Program-made: the position numbers and the translations under genes | Source of the DNA: an uncultured Rickettsiales bacterium | Lineage (GTDB): Bacteria; Pseudomonadota; Alphaproteobacteria; Rickettsiales; UBA8987 | NCBI GenBank assembly: GCA_964588995.1 | Contig: CAZPQM010000003.1 | Span: 120,187-184,186, forward strand | DNA: 64,000 nucleotides | Direction of reading: 5' to 3' | Notes under the pieces: generated by a model | What the model was told of the DNA's origin: nothing | Database searches by the model: none | Seen by the model: only the letters and a program-made list of their open reading frames with translations | In this document: piece by piece, positions 1 through 8,734 of the stretch | Numbering within the stretch: position 1 is the stretch's first letter | Layout of the letters: each line of letters begins with the position of its first letter

Positions 1-75
1 AACGCGCGAGGCCGATGTGGCGATTGGCCGGAGCGTCATTGACGATTGAACGGTTTTCCGCGTATAACGCTAGCC

Positions 76-1371
76 ATGTATACTTCCCTCTATCGTTTCT
101 TATCCTATGCCGGTGGTCCGTTGATTGATTTTTACCTGATGCGGCGTAAGCAGGTGGGCAAGGAAGATCCGAAACGCTATACCGAGCGGCTCGGGCATCC
201 CGGTTTTCCGCGTATGAGCGGGCCGTTGGTCTGGGTGCATGCGGCCAGCGTAGGCGAGGGGGTGTCGGTTTTGCCGCTCATCAAGGCGGTCGTGAATAAA
301 TACCGTGATGTCAATGTGCTGCTGACTACGGGCACGGTCACCTCCGCTAAAGTGCTGGAATCAAGGCTACCCAAGCGAGCGTTCCATCAATATGCTCCGA
401 TAGATAAGCTGGTAACGGTGCGGCGGTTTCTGGATCACTGGCGGCCCGATCTGGCGCTCTGGGTTGAATCTGAGTTGTGGCCGAATATGATCATTGAAAC
501 GCATCGCCGTGGATGCCCGCTTATTCAGATTAATGCGCGTTTATCGCCCAATTCCTATGAAAAATGGCAGAAATATAACAGTCTGGCGCGTGATATGCTT
601 ATCTGCTTTAGCCTAAGTCTGGCGCAGAGCGAGGAAGATGTCACCCGGCTGAAAAAACTGGGTGCGCCGAACGCAAAATGCCTCGGTAACCTGAAATTTG
701 ATGCACCTGCGCTTCCCGCAGATCCGAAAGAAACGGGTAAATTGGTTACTGCCACCGGTGAGCGCCCCATGTGGGTGGCGGCAAGTACGCATCCCGGTGA
801 GGATGAATTGATAGCTGATGCGCATATAAAACTGAAGTTGGCGCATGATAAAATACTGACGGTTATTATCCCGCGTCACCCGGAACGAGGCGAAGATATT
901 GAGCGGATGCTTAAAGAGAAAAAACTCACTGTCGCCCGGCGTAGTCAAAAGCAGGATATCGAGGAGAATACCGATATATATATTGCAGATACGATCGGCG
1001 AGCTTGGCATTTTTTATCGTATGGCGGGTATTACCTTTATGGGTGGTTCGCTGGTCGAGCATGGCGGACAGAATCCGCTCGAAGCGGCGAGGCTTGAATG
1101 CGCACTGCTGGTGGGCCCGCATACCGCTAGCTTTACCGATATTTATAACGAGCTGGAAAAGGAACATGCTGTTATCCGTGTGCGTGATAGCGATGCGCTC
1201 GCAGAGAAGGTTGGTGTGTTACTAAGTGACCATGAAAAGCAGGAGGATTTTGCCAGCCGCGCGATGAAATTGATGGCCTCGAAAAGCGGTATTCTGGAAC
1301 ATTATATGGACGCGCTCAGCCCTTACCTTAAGCCGATTTCGCGCGATATTGCCCCGGATGAGGACGCCTGA
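76..1371 (+). CDS. waaA: 3-deoxy-D-manno-octulosonic acid (Kdo) transferase
   Basis: ORF 46..1371. The N-terminal anchor MYTSLYRFLSYAGGPLIDFYLMRR and the block LVWVHAASVGEGVSVLPLI are WaaA/KdtA-like. It is followed by lpxK and a late acyltransferase with overlapping stop/start codons. ATG at 76 is preferred to the TTG at 46. Confidence 0.85.
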   Translation: MYTSLYRFLSYAGGPLIDFYLMRRKQVGKEDPKRYTERLGHPGFPRMSGPLVWVHAASVGEGVSVLPLIKAVVNKYRDVNVLLTTGTVTSAKVLESRLPKRAFHQYAPIDKLVTVRRFLDHWRPDLALWVESELWPNMIIETHRRGCPLIQINARLSPNSYEKWQKYNSLARDMLICFSLSLAQSEEDVTRLKKLGAPNAKCLGNLKFDAPALPADPKETGKLVTATGERPMWVAASTHPGEDELIADAHIKLKLAHDKILTVIIPRHPERGEDIERMLKEKKLTVARRSQKQDIEENTDIYIADTIGELGIFYRMAGITFMGGSLVEHGGQNPLEAARLECALLVGPHTASFTDIYNELEKEHAVIRVRDSDALAEKVGVLLSDHEKQEDFASRAMKLMASKSGILEHYMDALSPYLKPISRDIAPDEDA

Positions 1372-2431
1372 TTTCTGGCGGTTCAATGGCTTTCGGGCGA
1401 ATGCGCTGCTGCCGCTTTCGGTCCTTTACTATATCACGCATCGCCTGTCTCAATGCTGGAAACGCGGTAAAATGCCTTATGATGCAGGCGTACCGGTTAT
1501 TTGCGTCGGCAATATGACAGCAGGCGGTGCAGGTAAAACGCCAACGGTGCTCGCGCTGGCACGGCGTTTGAAAAAGCGGGGCAAAAAGCCTGCCATTCTA
1601 AGCCGGGGCTATAAACGGGCTGTGGCTGATTTGATCAAGGTCGATCCGGCGGAGCATACGCCGGAGCAGGTCGGGGACGAGCCGTTGTTGATCGCCAGGC
1701 AGTTCCCCTGCTATGTATCAGCTAATCGTGCGGAGGCGGCTAGGCAGGCGGTCACCGACGGCGCGGATATCCTCCTGATGGATGACGGATTGCAGCATCA
1801 CAGCCTGAAAAAAGATAAGCAGCTGCTGGTGATTGATGGCGGATATGGTTTTGGCAACGAGATGCTGCTTCCGGCCGGGCCACTGCGCGATAAACCGGGT
1901 AATATCCTGCCGCAGGTAGACGCTGTCCTTATTATTCGGAGTCCGCAGGCAGATGTTGAAAAATATCTGTCACGGCATCTCATGCTCCCTCGCCCTAGCC
2001 CTCTCCCCGAGGGAGAGGGGATAAAGAAAATAAGCTCCCCCTCTGAACGAGAGCAAGATGGTGTAGCTGGCGAGGGTAAGGAAATGACTTGTTACCATGC
2101 CAGCATGCAACCCCTGTCGTTGCCGGACAAGCAGCAAAACTACGTAGCCTTTGCCGGGCTGGGCAGGCCGGAAAAGTTTTTTGATATGCTGGTCGAGCAT
2201 GGGCTCACACTGGCCAAAGCGATACGCTATCCGGATCATCACGCTTATGCGGAAAGCGACAGGGAGCGGCTAATACGTGAAGCGGAAGAGGCTAACGCCA
2301 CGCTGATCACAACGCGAAAAGATGCGGTTAAACTGCCCGAGGATTTCAGAGAGCAGGTGGCGGTGGTCGATATAGAGCTCGTTATAGAAAATGAAGAGCA
2401 ATTCATCGATAGATTACTGGATTCTACATGA
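1358..2431 (+). CDS. lpxK: tetraacyldisaccharide 4'-kinase, carrying a 30-codon in-frame repeat insertion
   Basis: P-loop GNMTAGGAGKTP, GDEPLL and AFAGLGRPEKFF blocks are typical of LpxK. ATG 1358 (MRTPDFW) overlaps the waaA stop. The stop overlaps the next start (ATGA at 2428). Confidence 0.85.
   Translation: MRTPDFWRFNGFRANALLPLSVLYYITHRLSQCWKRGKMPYDAGVPVICVGNMTAGGAGKTPTVLALARRLKKRGKKPAILSRGYKRAVADLIKVDPAEHTPEQVGDEPLLIARQFPCYVSANRAEAARQAVTDGADILLMDDGLQHHSLKKDKQLLVIDGGYGFGNEMLLPAGPLRDKPGNILPQVDAVLIIRSPQADVEKYLSRHLMLPRPSPLPEGEGIKKISSPSEREQDGVAGEGKEMTCYHASMQPLSLPDKQQNYVAFAGLGRPEKFFDMLVEHGLTLAKAIRYPDHHAYAESDRERLIREAEEANATLITTRKDAVKLPEDFREQVAVVDIELVIENEEQFIDRLLDST
1987..2076. repeat. 90-bp nested palindromic element inside the lpxK reading frame
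   Basis: Outer inverted 8-mers CCCTCGCC (1987-1994) and GGCGAGGG (2069-2076). Inner perfect stem CCCTCTCCC-cga-GGGAGAGGG (1999-2019). The length is exactly 30 codons and translates to the low-complexity ...PSPLPEGEGIKKISSPSEREQDGVAGEG... Confidence 0.7.
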
Positions 2432-3282
2432 AACACGTCAGGTATTTACTGGAATATATCATGGTGAGGGCGGTATTTCTCCTTTTTCGCCTGATGCCAT
2501 TCGATACGGCGTCCAAAACCGGCGGGCAGCTCGCGCGCTTTATTGGCCCCAAAACCGGGGCGCACCGGACGGCATGGCGTAATTTACGGCGCATTTATCC
2601 GGATAAATCGGATGCGGAACTGGAAACGATCGCGCTTGGTGTCTGGGAGAATCTTGGCCGAACGGTAGGTGAGTTTCCGCATTTGCCGCACCTGAAGGGG
2701 GCCGCTTTTGCCAAACGGGTGAAAGTGAAAGGAAAAGAAAAAATCGATGCGCTGCAAACAAAAAAGTTTTTCTTTTTTTCCGCTCATATCGGCAATTGGG
2801 AACTAGCGGCACATACGGGTGCAGTGATGGGCTACCCAATGATGCTGATTTACCGTCCGGCGAATAATCCCTATGTCGAGAAGCTGATTCAAACATCGCG
2901 CCGGGAGACCTTAAGCGCGATGTTTCCTAAAGGAAAAGAAGCGGCGCGTGCGATGATCAAAAGCCTACGTGACGGCGAGACGATTGGCATGTTAATGGAC
3001 CAGAAAATGAATGAAGGCATGCCGATACCGTTTTTAGGGCATGATGCCATGACGGCCACGGCGATCGCAGAATGTGCGGTCAAATTTGATGTGCCGCTCG
3101 TGCCGGTGCATTTAGTACGGAGGGAGGGTGCGTATTTCGAAGTAATCGTCGGTGATGTGATGTACCCGGCGCAGAAAGATGTGAAAACTCTGCTGACTGA
3201 AATCAATGCGATTATCGGAGGATGGGTAGAGGCGCATCCCGAGCAGTGGTTTTGGGTGCATAATCGCTGGCCGAAAGGGTAG
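2428..3282 (+). CDS. lipid A late acyltransferase (LpxL/HtrB lysophospholipid acyltransferase family)
   Basis: 284 aa. The HX4D/E-type motif SAHIGNWEL and PANNPYVEKL are typical of the family. Third gene of the waaA-lpxK operon. Confidence 0.7.
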   Translation: MKHVRYLLEYIMVRAVFLLFRLMPFDTASKTGGQLARFIGPKTGAHRTAWRNLRRIYPDKSDAELETIALGVWENLGRTVGEFPHLPHLKGAAFAKRVKVKGKEKIDALQTKKFFFFSAHIGNWELAAHTGAVMGYPMMLIYRPANNPYVEKLIQTSRRETLSAMFPKGKEAARAMIKSLRDGETIGMLMDQKMNEGMPIPFLGHDAMTATAIAECAVKFDVPLVPVHLVRREGAYFEVIVGDVMYPAQKDVKTLLTEINAIIGGWVEAHPEQWFWVHNRWPKG

Positions 3283-3323
3283 GGCATGTCATCACAGGAA
3301 GCTAAATAACGAAGCAAACAGCG

Positions 3324-4814
3324 TTATAATAACGTGCCCTGTGGATCGCTGCCCTGCGGAAAGGTTTTCACCGTACCGTCCTTGAACTGCACATTCAGCT
3401 CAGGCTGATTTTCGGCAATGCTGGCGGAGGTGACCAGTTGGCCGTCCGCGCTGCGTACGAGCGCAAAGCCGCGATCGAGGATTTTTTGATAATGATAGCT
3501 ATCCAGTAATTTAGTAAGGTTTTCGAGTTGTTCTGCCTTACGCGCCATCATCTGCTGGGTCGCAGCCGGGCTTAGTCGCCCGCGATAGGCGAGCGCATCC
3601 CGCCGCTGGTCGATCTGCCGAGTCAGTAGCTCCGGCCTCAACCCACTACGGACCGTTTCTAATTTCTGGGTCTTGCGTTCTATAGCGAGCGGCAAAGCCT
3701 GCTGTAGCCGGTCGCTACGCACCGCCAGCCGCTCACTTAACTGCTCACAGAGCGCCAGAATTGCTTGCGGTTTCAGGCTGGACAATAGCAGATTGAGCTG
3801 TTGCTGCTTTTTCTCAAGCACGGTGGGCAGGCCAGTGCTTAATCGTTCCGCATAATCATCGAAACGCTGTATCGCATTTTGCAGCAGGCTTTGCGGGCTG
3901 ATGATGCCTCGCGCCAAAGCAGCCATAAAGGTGCGCTTATCGTTGAGGTATTTTTGCATTGCTGAAAGCTTGCGGCTTTGCAAATCGTAGACCAGCGCGA
4001 GCAATTCCTCCCGCACGGGAACCGCCATCTCCGCAGCCGCCGTGGGAGTGGGCGCACGCCGATCCGCCACATAGTCAATCAGCGTGGTGTCCGTCTCATG
4101 CCCCACCGCAGAAATGAGGGGTATGTCGGATTCAGCAGCGGCAAGCACGACCTCTTCCTCGTTGAAACACCAGAGATCCTCCAGCGAGCCACCCCCGCGC
4201 GCGACAATCAAGACATCCGGCTTATCCGGCATTCGGTTAAAACCACGAATGGCGCGCGCGATCTGCTCCTTCGCGCCTTCACCCTGCACCAACACCGGCC
4301 AGACCTGCACATGCACAGGGAAACGGTCCGTCAGGCGGTGCAGAATGTCGCGGATGACGGCTCCGGTGGGTGAGGTAACAACTCCGATTTTGCGCGGTAG
4401 AAACGGCAGCGGCTTTTTGCGTGCTTCATCAAATAACCCTTTGGCGGCGAGTTCTTTTTTGCGCTTTTCTAAGAGCGCCATCAATGCGCCTTCGCCGGCA
4501 ATTTCCATCGAATCAATAATGATCTGGTAGTTCGAGCGCCCGGCATAGGTCGAGATTTTGCCGGTAGCAACGACTTCCAGCCCATCTTCCGGCGCGAAGG
4601 TCAGCCGGCCGGAAACACCGCGCCAGATAATCGCGTTCAGCACGGATTTATCATCCTTCAGCGAAAAATAGAGATGCCCGCTGGCGGCGCGCTTGAACCC
4701 CGAAATCTCGCCGCGCACTCGCACATGCGCAAAGCGCTCCTCCACGGTTTGCTTCAGCAGGCCAGAGAGTTCCGTTACCGAAAATTCCGGCTGGTTATGG
4801 GTGCGATCGGTCAT
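3324..4814 (-). CDS. xseA: exodeoxyribonuclease VII large subunit
   Basis: 496 aa. N-terminal OB-fold region ([41 protein letters not shown]), catalytic core [29 protein letters not shown], and a long helical C-terminus. Confidence 0.9.
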   Translation of the reverse strand: MTDRTHNQPEFSVTELSGLLKQTVEERFAHVRVRGEISGFKRAASGHLYFSLKDDKSVLNAIIWRGVSGRLTFAPEDGLEVVATGKISTYAGRSNYQIIIDSMEIAGEGALMALLEKRKKELAAKGLFDEARKKPLPFLPRKIGVVTSPTGAVIRDILHRLTDRFPVHVQVWPVLVQGEGAKEQIARAIRGFNRMPDKPDVLIVARGGGSLEDLWCFNEEEVVLAAAESDIPLISAVGHETDTTLIDYVADRRAPTPTAAAEMAVPVREELLALVYDLQSRKLSAMQKYLNDKRTFMAALARGIISPQSLLQNAIQRFDDYAERLSTGLPTVLEKKQQQLNLLLSSLKPQAILALCEQLSERLAVRSDRLQQALPLAIERKTQKLETVRSGLRPELLTRQIDQRRDALAYRGRLSPAATQQMMARKAEQLENLTKLLDSYHYQKILDRGFALVRSADGQLVTSASIAENQPELNVQFKDGTVKTFPQGSDPQGTLL

Positions 4815-4828
4815 AAATGCTCTAATTC

Positions 4829-4900
4829 GTCATACCGTGGCTTGATCAAGGTATCTAGTGCATATATAAACTAAGTTTCGCGGTCAAGCCGTGGAATGAC
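4829..4900. repeat. imperfect palindromic element (GTCAT-NCC-NN-GGCTTGAYC arms) in the xseA/purD divergent intergenic region
   Basis: Arms 4829-4847 (gtcataccgtggcttgatc) and 4882-4900 (ggtcaagccgtggaatgac) are inverted repeats, 15/19 complementary. A related copy with cccgggcttgaccc...gtatctag...ggtcaagcccgagg lies at 6907-6972. Confidence 0.6.
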
Positions 4901-4912
4901 AAGGATAGGATT

Positions 4913-6199
4913 ATGAACATACTGATTATCGGTTCAGGCGGGCGGGAGCACGCGCTTATTCATGCGGCGAAGCGCTCCCCCATGGTGAAGCAGGTATTTG
5001 CCGCTCCGGGCAATGGCGGCATACTTCAGGATGCAACGCTGGCGCCGATAGAGGTAAACGACCATCAGGCTGTAGTGGCGTGGTGCAAGGAGCAGGCGAT
5101 TGATCTGGTGATTGTTGGGCCCGAAGCGCCGCTGGTCGATGGAATTGCCGATGCTTTGCGCGATGCGAAGATTCCGGTGTTCGGCCCCTCTAAAGCGGCG
5201 AGTGAGCTGGAAGGCTCCAAAGCGTTTATGAAGCGCATCGCGAAGGACTATAACGTGCCGACCGCTGCCTATGAGGTCTTTACCGAAAAGGCGGAAGCGC
5301 TGGCCTATGTGAAAAAGCAGGGCGCGCCGATTGTGGTCAAAACGGATGGACTGGCTGCCGGAAAGGGCGTGACCGTTGCCATGGATGAGGAAACCGCGCT
5401 GCATGCCGTGGAGGAATTTTTTGACGGTAAGTTCGGCGATGCCGGTAAAACGGTTGTCATTGAGGAGTTTCTGGACGGGGAAGAGGCGAGCTTCTTCGCG
5501 ATTTGTGATGGCGCTAAGGCGGTTGCCTGTGGGTCCGCCCAAGACCATAAACGCGCTTATGACGGTGATCAGGGGCCTAACACCGGCGGCATGGGCACCT
5601 ATTCCCCCACGCCAATTGTCACGCAGGCTATGGAAGACGAGATCATGCAGACGATCATTCAGCCGACGCTTGACGGACTCGCGAAAGAGGGTAAGCCCTA
5701 TAGCGGGTTTTTATTTGCCGGGTTGATGATCAAAGACGGAGCTATCAAGCTGCTGGAGTTTAATATCCGCTTTGGCGATCCTGAAGCGCAGTCGATTCTG
5801 CCGCGCCTGAAGACCGATATTGTGCCGCTATTGCTGGATGCCGCGAAGGGGCAGCTGGATGCGAATAGCACGGTTGAGTTCGCTAGCGAGACTGCACTCT
5901 GTGTGGTGATGGCGGCTAAAGGTTACCCAGCATCTTATAAAAAGGGTACGGAGATAAGGAGCCTCGTGAATGCGGCCAGCGAGTCGGATGTGACGATTTT
6001 CCACGCCGGAACGAAACAGGAAGGTGATAAGCTTCTTGCCGTGGGCGGGCGTGTGCTCGGCGTGACTGCGCTGGGTACAACGGTGGCCGAGGCACAGGCC
6101 AAAGCGTACGAAGCGGTGGATAAAATCGACTGGCCGGAAGGGTTCTGCCGCCGTGATATTGGCTGGCGGGCAATTGAACGACTTAAATTAGCCTCTTGA
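4913..6199 (+). CDS. purD: phosphoribosylamine--glycine ligase
   Basis: 428 aa. [15 protein letters not shown]..., the ATP-grasp core and the [10 protein letters not shown] motif. AAGGA Shine-Dalgarno upstream. Confidence 0.95.
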   Translation: MNILIIGSGGREHALIHAAKRSPMVKQVFAAPGNGGILQDATLAPIEVNDHQAVVAWCKEQAIDLVIVGPEAPLVDGIADALRDAKIPVFGPSKAASELEGSKAFMKRIAKDYNVPTAAYEVFTEKAEALAYVKKQGAPIVVKTDGLAAGKGVTVAMDEETALHAVEEFFDGKFGDAGKTVVIEEFLDGEEASFFAICDGAKAVACGSAQDHKRAYDGDQGPNTGGMGTYSPTPIVTQAMEDEIMQTIIQPTLDGLAKEGKPYSGFLFAGLMIKDGAIKLLEFNIRFGDPEAQSILPRLKTDIVPLLLDAAKGQLDANSTVEFASETALCVVMAAKGYPASYKKGTEIRSLVNAASESDVTIFHAGTKQEGDKLLAVGGRVLGVTALGTTVAEAQAKAYEAVDKIDWPEGFCRRDIGWRAIERLKLAS

Positions 6200-6216
6200 A
6201 AGAAAAGGAACACAAC

Positions 6217-6846
6217 ATGAACAAAACTTTATTTATTATCATTGTCATAGCCGTTGCGGTGCTCGTGCTGCTGAATGTCGGGTTGGATCAATCCCGTAAG
6301 GCATCTACGCAGCAGACGACGGAAAATGTGAATGCAATAGCTGATGCCGGTGAAGTCAAAACCAAAGGGGAGGCAGCGATTGGCGGTAAATTCACGCTGA
6401 TGAATACTGCGGGTGAGGAAGTCACTGAAGCGGCGCTACAGGAAAACTATTCGCTCGTGTTTTTCGGTTTTACTAACTGCCCGGCTATTTGCCCGACCGG
6501 GCTAACGACGGTAACGAACGTGATGGAAGCGCTGAACAGCCCGGATAATCTGCAAGGGGTGTTCATCACGGTGGATGTTGAGCGCGATACGCAGGAGGTT
6601 ATCAAGGCCTATCTGGAGAATTTCCACCCAAATATGATTGGCCTCACCGGTTCGGAAAAGCAACTCAAAACCGCACAGGAAGCCTATAAAGTCTATGCGA
6701 AGAAAATGGATACGCCGATGGGTGTGATGTATGACCACAGCGCGTTTATCTACCTGATGGGGCCGGACGGAAAATATATCACCCATTTCCGCCATAATCA
6801 GGCGACCGAGGAAGTGGTAGCGAAGCTGAACGAGGTGATGGGGTAG
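6217..6846 (+). CDS. SCO1/SenC family copper chaperone (cytochrome oxidase assembly)
   Basis: N-terminal TM helix, thioredoxin-fold CxxxC motif FGFTNCPAICPT and DHSAFIYLMGPDG. ATG 6217 has an AAGGA SD; the TTG at 6196 overlaps the purD stop and is disfavoured. Confidence 0.85.
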   Translation: MNKTLFIIIVIAVAVLVLLNVGLDQSRKASTQQTTENVNAIADAGEVKTKGEAAIGGKFTLMNTAGEEVTEAALQENYSLVFFGFTNCPAICPTGLTTVTNVMEALNSPDNLQGVFITVDVERDTQEVIKAYLENFHPNMIGLTGSEKQLKTAQEAYKVYAKKMDTPMGVMYDHSAFIYLMGPDGKYITHFRHNQATEEVVAKLNEVMG

Positions 6847-6850
6847 GTTC

Positions 6851-7212
6851 GTCATGGCGAAGTACAACGTGCTGAAGCCATCTCGTGCATGCTTTCCTCT
6901 ATTTTACCCGGGCTTGACCCGGGTATCTAGCTCAGTTTGAGGCGGTGAAGACCCTCTGGTCAAGCCCGAGGGAGGCAGGATGGCACGTCATTGCGAGGCG
7001 TGAAACGACGAAGCAATCTGGTTCGGCTCGGTATTTGTGGCCTGAGATGACGTCGCCTTCGGCTCGTCATGACGATGCTATTTTCCCGTCATTGCGAGCG
7101 ACCAGAGGGAGCGCGGCAATCTTGTGCCACTTGCCTGAGACGGCTACGGCGTTTACACGCCTCGCCGTGACGATACCAGATGCCTGAGATCGCTACACGA
7201 CGCTCGCGATGT
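6851..7212. repeat. array of six GTCAT...ATCTC hairpin units plus one GGCTTGACC palindrome between the convergent sco1 and aat 3' ends
   Basis: Units at 6851-6884(+), 6987-7019(+), 7044-7073(-), 7088-7122(+), 7137-7171(-) and 7186-7211(-). GGCTTGACC element at 6907-6972. The array starts 5 nt after the sco1 stop and ends 10 nt before the aat stop. Confidence 0.8.
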
Positions 7213-7221
7213 TAGGTTCCC

Positions 7222-7803
7222 TTAGACCAGAGCCGCTTTCAGCAAGATCATATATTCCTCATGGCTGATTTCAACAGCGCCGAACTGGGTTAAATGCGGG
7301 TTGATAAACTGCGTATCCAGCAGGGTATAGCCACGTGCTTCCAGCCATTCCACCAGCGCAATCAGCGCGATTTTGCTCGCGTTACTGACATGTGAGAACA
7401 TACTCTCGCCGAAATAAGCGCGGCCAAGTGTTACGCCGTATAAACCGCCAACAAGCCTGTTGTCTTTATAGCACTCAACCGAATGCGCATGCCCCATCTG
7501 ATGCAGCGCGCTATAAGCCTCGATAATCTCCGCGTTGATCCAGGTGTCACGCCGTTCCGGGCGACTAGCCGCACAGGCCTCGATCACCTGCCGAAAGGCC
7601 GTATCGTAGCGAATTTCAAAAGTGCCCTTACGGTATAGCCGAGCCAGTTTCTTTGGGATGTGAAACGCATCCAGCGGGATGATGCCTCGCCGTTTCGGCA
7701 GGTAGAAATGAACCTCGCTCGCATCTGCACTATCGGCCATGGGAAAGGCACCCTGCGCATAGGCGTGCAGTAATAGCTCAGTTGTGAGTGCGGGTGAGGA
7801 CAT
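7222..7803 (-). CDS. aat: leucyl/phenylalanyl-tRNA--protein transferase
   Basis: 193 aa. LLLHAYAQGAFPM, WINAEIIEAYSALHQMGHAHSVE and GGLYGVTLGRAYFGESMF are Aat signatures. Confidence 0.9.
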   Translation of the reverse strand: MSSPALTTELLLHAYAQGAFPMADSADASEVHFYLPKRRGIIPLDAFHIPKKLARLYRKGTFEIRYDTAFRQVIEACAASRPERRDTWINAEIIEAYSALHQMGHAHSVECYKDNRLVGGLYGVTLGRAYFGESMFSHVSNASKIALIALVEWLEARGYTLLDTQFINPHLTQFGAVEISHEEYMILLKAALV

Positions 7804-7920
7804 AGGCTAATTATTTACAGTATTGTAGGGTGTATCTGGGAGTTTTTTTCCAAGGTAAAGGGTACCCTGCCATAGTTCAGTAAAATACCTGTGGTAGCAG
7901 TGTCCTTCATGGGGAATGTT

Positions 7921-8041
7921 GTGATGACGTCGCCTTCGGCTCGTCATGACGATGTTATTTTCCCGTCATTGCGAGCGACCAGAGGGAGCGCGGCAATCTT
8001 TTGTAACTTGGCAGAGATCGCTTCACTTCGTTCGCGATGAC
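7921..8041. repeat. array of three GTCAT...ATCTC hairpin units downstream of the phosphodiesterase gene
   Basis: Units at 7921-7950(-), 7965-7999(+) and 8014-8041(-). Bases 7923-8000 are a 78-nt near-identical copy of 7046-7123. The array ends 9 nt from the stop codon at 8051. Confidence 0.8.
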
Positions 8042-8050
8042 GATGTTTTT

Positions 8051-8716
8051 TTACTCCTTCAGCATGCGCACATCATCGGTCATGATGCCGGTAGCGTGGC
8101 ATTTTTTAGCATGCTTGATCTGATTGATAGTATTGGCTGTCCAGACAAAGACATCCAGTTCCAGTTCAGTAGCGAGCGCCGTCATAGCGGGGGTCACGAT
8201 GTCGACTTGAGGGTTGATGGCGCTTAAGCGCAAATCGAGCTGCGCTTCCTCAATATCGATCGGTTGTTTGAAGCTAAGCCCAACCGGAATATGAAAGTCA
8301 TAATCTTTCACCGCGCGCAGTATATCCGCTTCAAAACTGATAATGACCAGCTGTTCATATAGCGATTCGGCCGCGTACTTCTTCAGCAATTCACAGGTGG
8401 GTAGGGTGGCGTCGACGGACTTCACTTCGATTAGCAGGAGCGCTTTGCCGTAAAACGCCTGCAGCACCTCCCCCAGAGAGGGTATATGCTTTTTCACATC
8501 GTTCCAGTGAGCGTCGGCAACCGCGCCTTTCAATGGAGTCGTTCGGTTGAGGTCATCATCATGCAAAATAACCGGTACGCCATCTTTAGTCGTTCGAACA
8601 TCAAATTCCAGCCCGTTAGCCCCATACTCGACAGCAGCATGAAAGCTATCCATCGTATTTTCAGCATGTAATGCAGGAATGCCGCGGTGACCTATTTTAT
8701 AGCGTGTACTTTCCAT
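8051..8716 (-). CDS. glycerophosphodiester phosphodiesterase
   Basis: 221 aa. GHRGIPALHAENTMDSF...GLEFDVRTTKDGVPVILHDDDLNRTT is the GDPD-domain signature. Confidence 0.8.
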   Translation of the reverse strand: MESTRYKIGHRGIPALHAENTMDSFHAAVEYGANGLEFDVRTTKDGVPVILHDDDLNRTTPLKGAVADAHWNDVKKHIPSLGEVLQAFYGKALLLIEVKSVDATLPTCELLKKYAAESLYEQLVIISFEADILRAVKDYDFHIPVGLSFKQPIDIEEAQLDLRLSAINPQVDIVTPAMTALATELELDVFVWTANTINQIKHAKKCHATGIMTDDVRMLKE

Positions 8717-8734
8717 GGCGTGCTCGTTAATCCG

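Noticed and set aside
1-49. Possible 3' end of an upstream plus-strand gene (the frame ending ...AIGRSVIDD-TGA at 47-49, or the frame ending TGA at 40-42).
   Set aside because: Too short to assign a frame or function. It cannot be supported from 40-50 nt.
613-1167. Long antisense or shadow ORFs opposite well supported genes. Examples: 613..1167, 4934..5548, 17124..17678, 21418..21984, 33608..34219, 43572..44300, 44917..45378, 56519..57370, 57557..58045.
   Set aside because: Each lies entirely opposite, or out of frame within, a gene with strong family signatures. Their sequences are low-complexity Arg/His/Pro-rich, as expected for shadow frames in moderately GC-rich DNA.
6945-7187. 80-aa ORF on the plus strand. 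The ORFs 7946..8227(+) and 34178..34399(-) are similar cases. All lie in intergenic DNA.
   Set aside because: They are composed almost entirely of translated hairpin-repeat units (peptides like VIARRETTKQS, SLRATRGSAAI, RHRERSEAISGS). They have no SD or start context and overlap real genes or arrays, so they were treated as repeat artefacts.
6851-7212. Possible CRISPR array, suggested by the regularly recurring ~30-nt units.
   Set aside because: The units differ from each other and occur in both orientations. The spacers are irregular (8-20 nt) and partly repeated. No cas genes are present. The pattern fits REP/MITE-like hairpins, not CRISPR.
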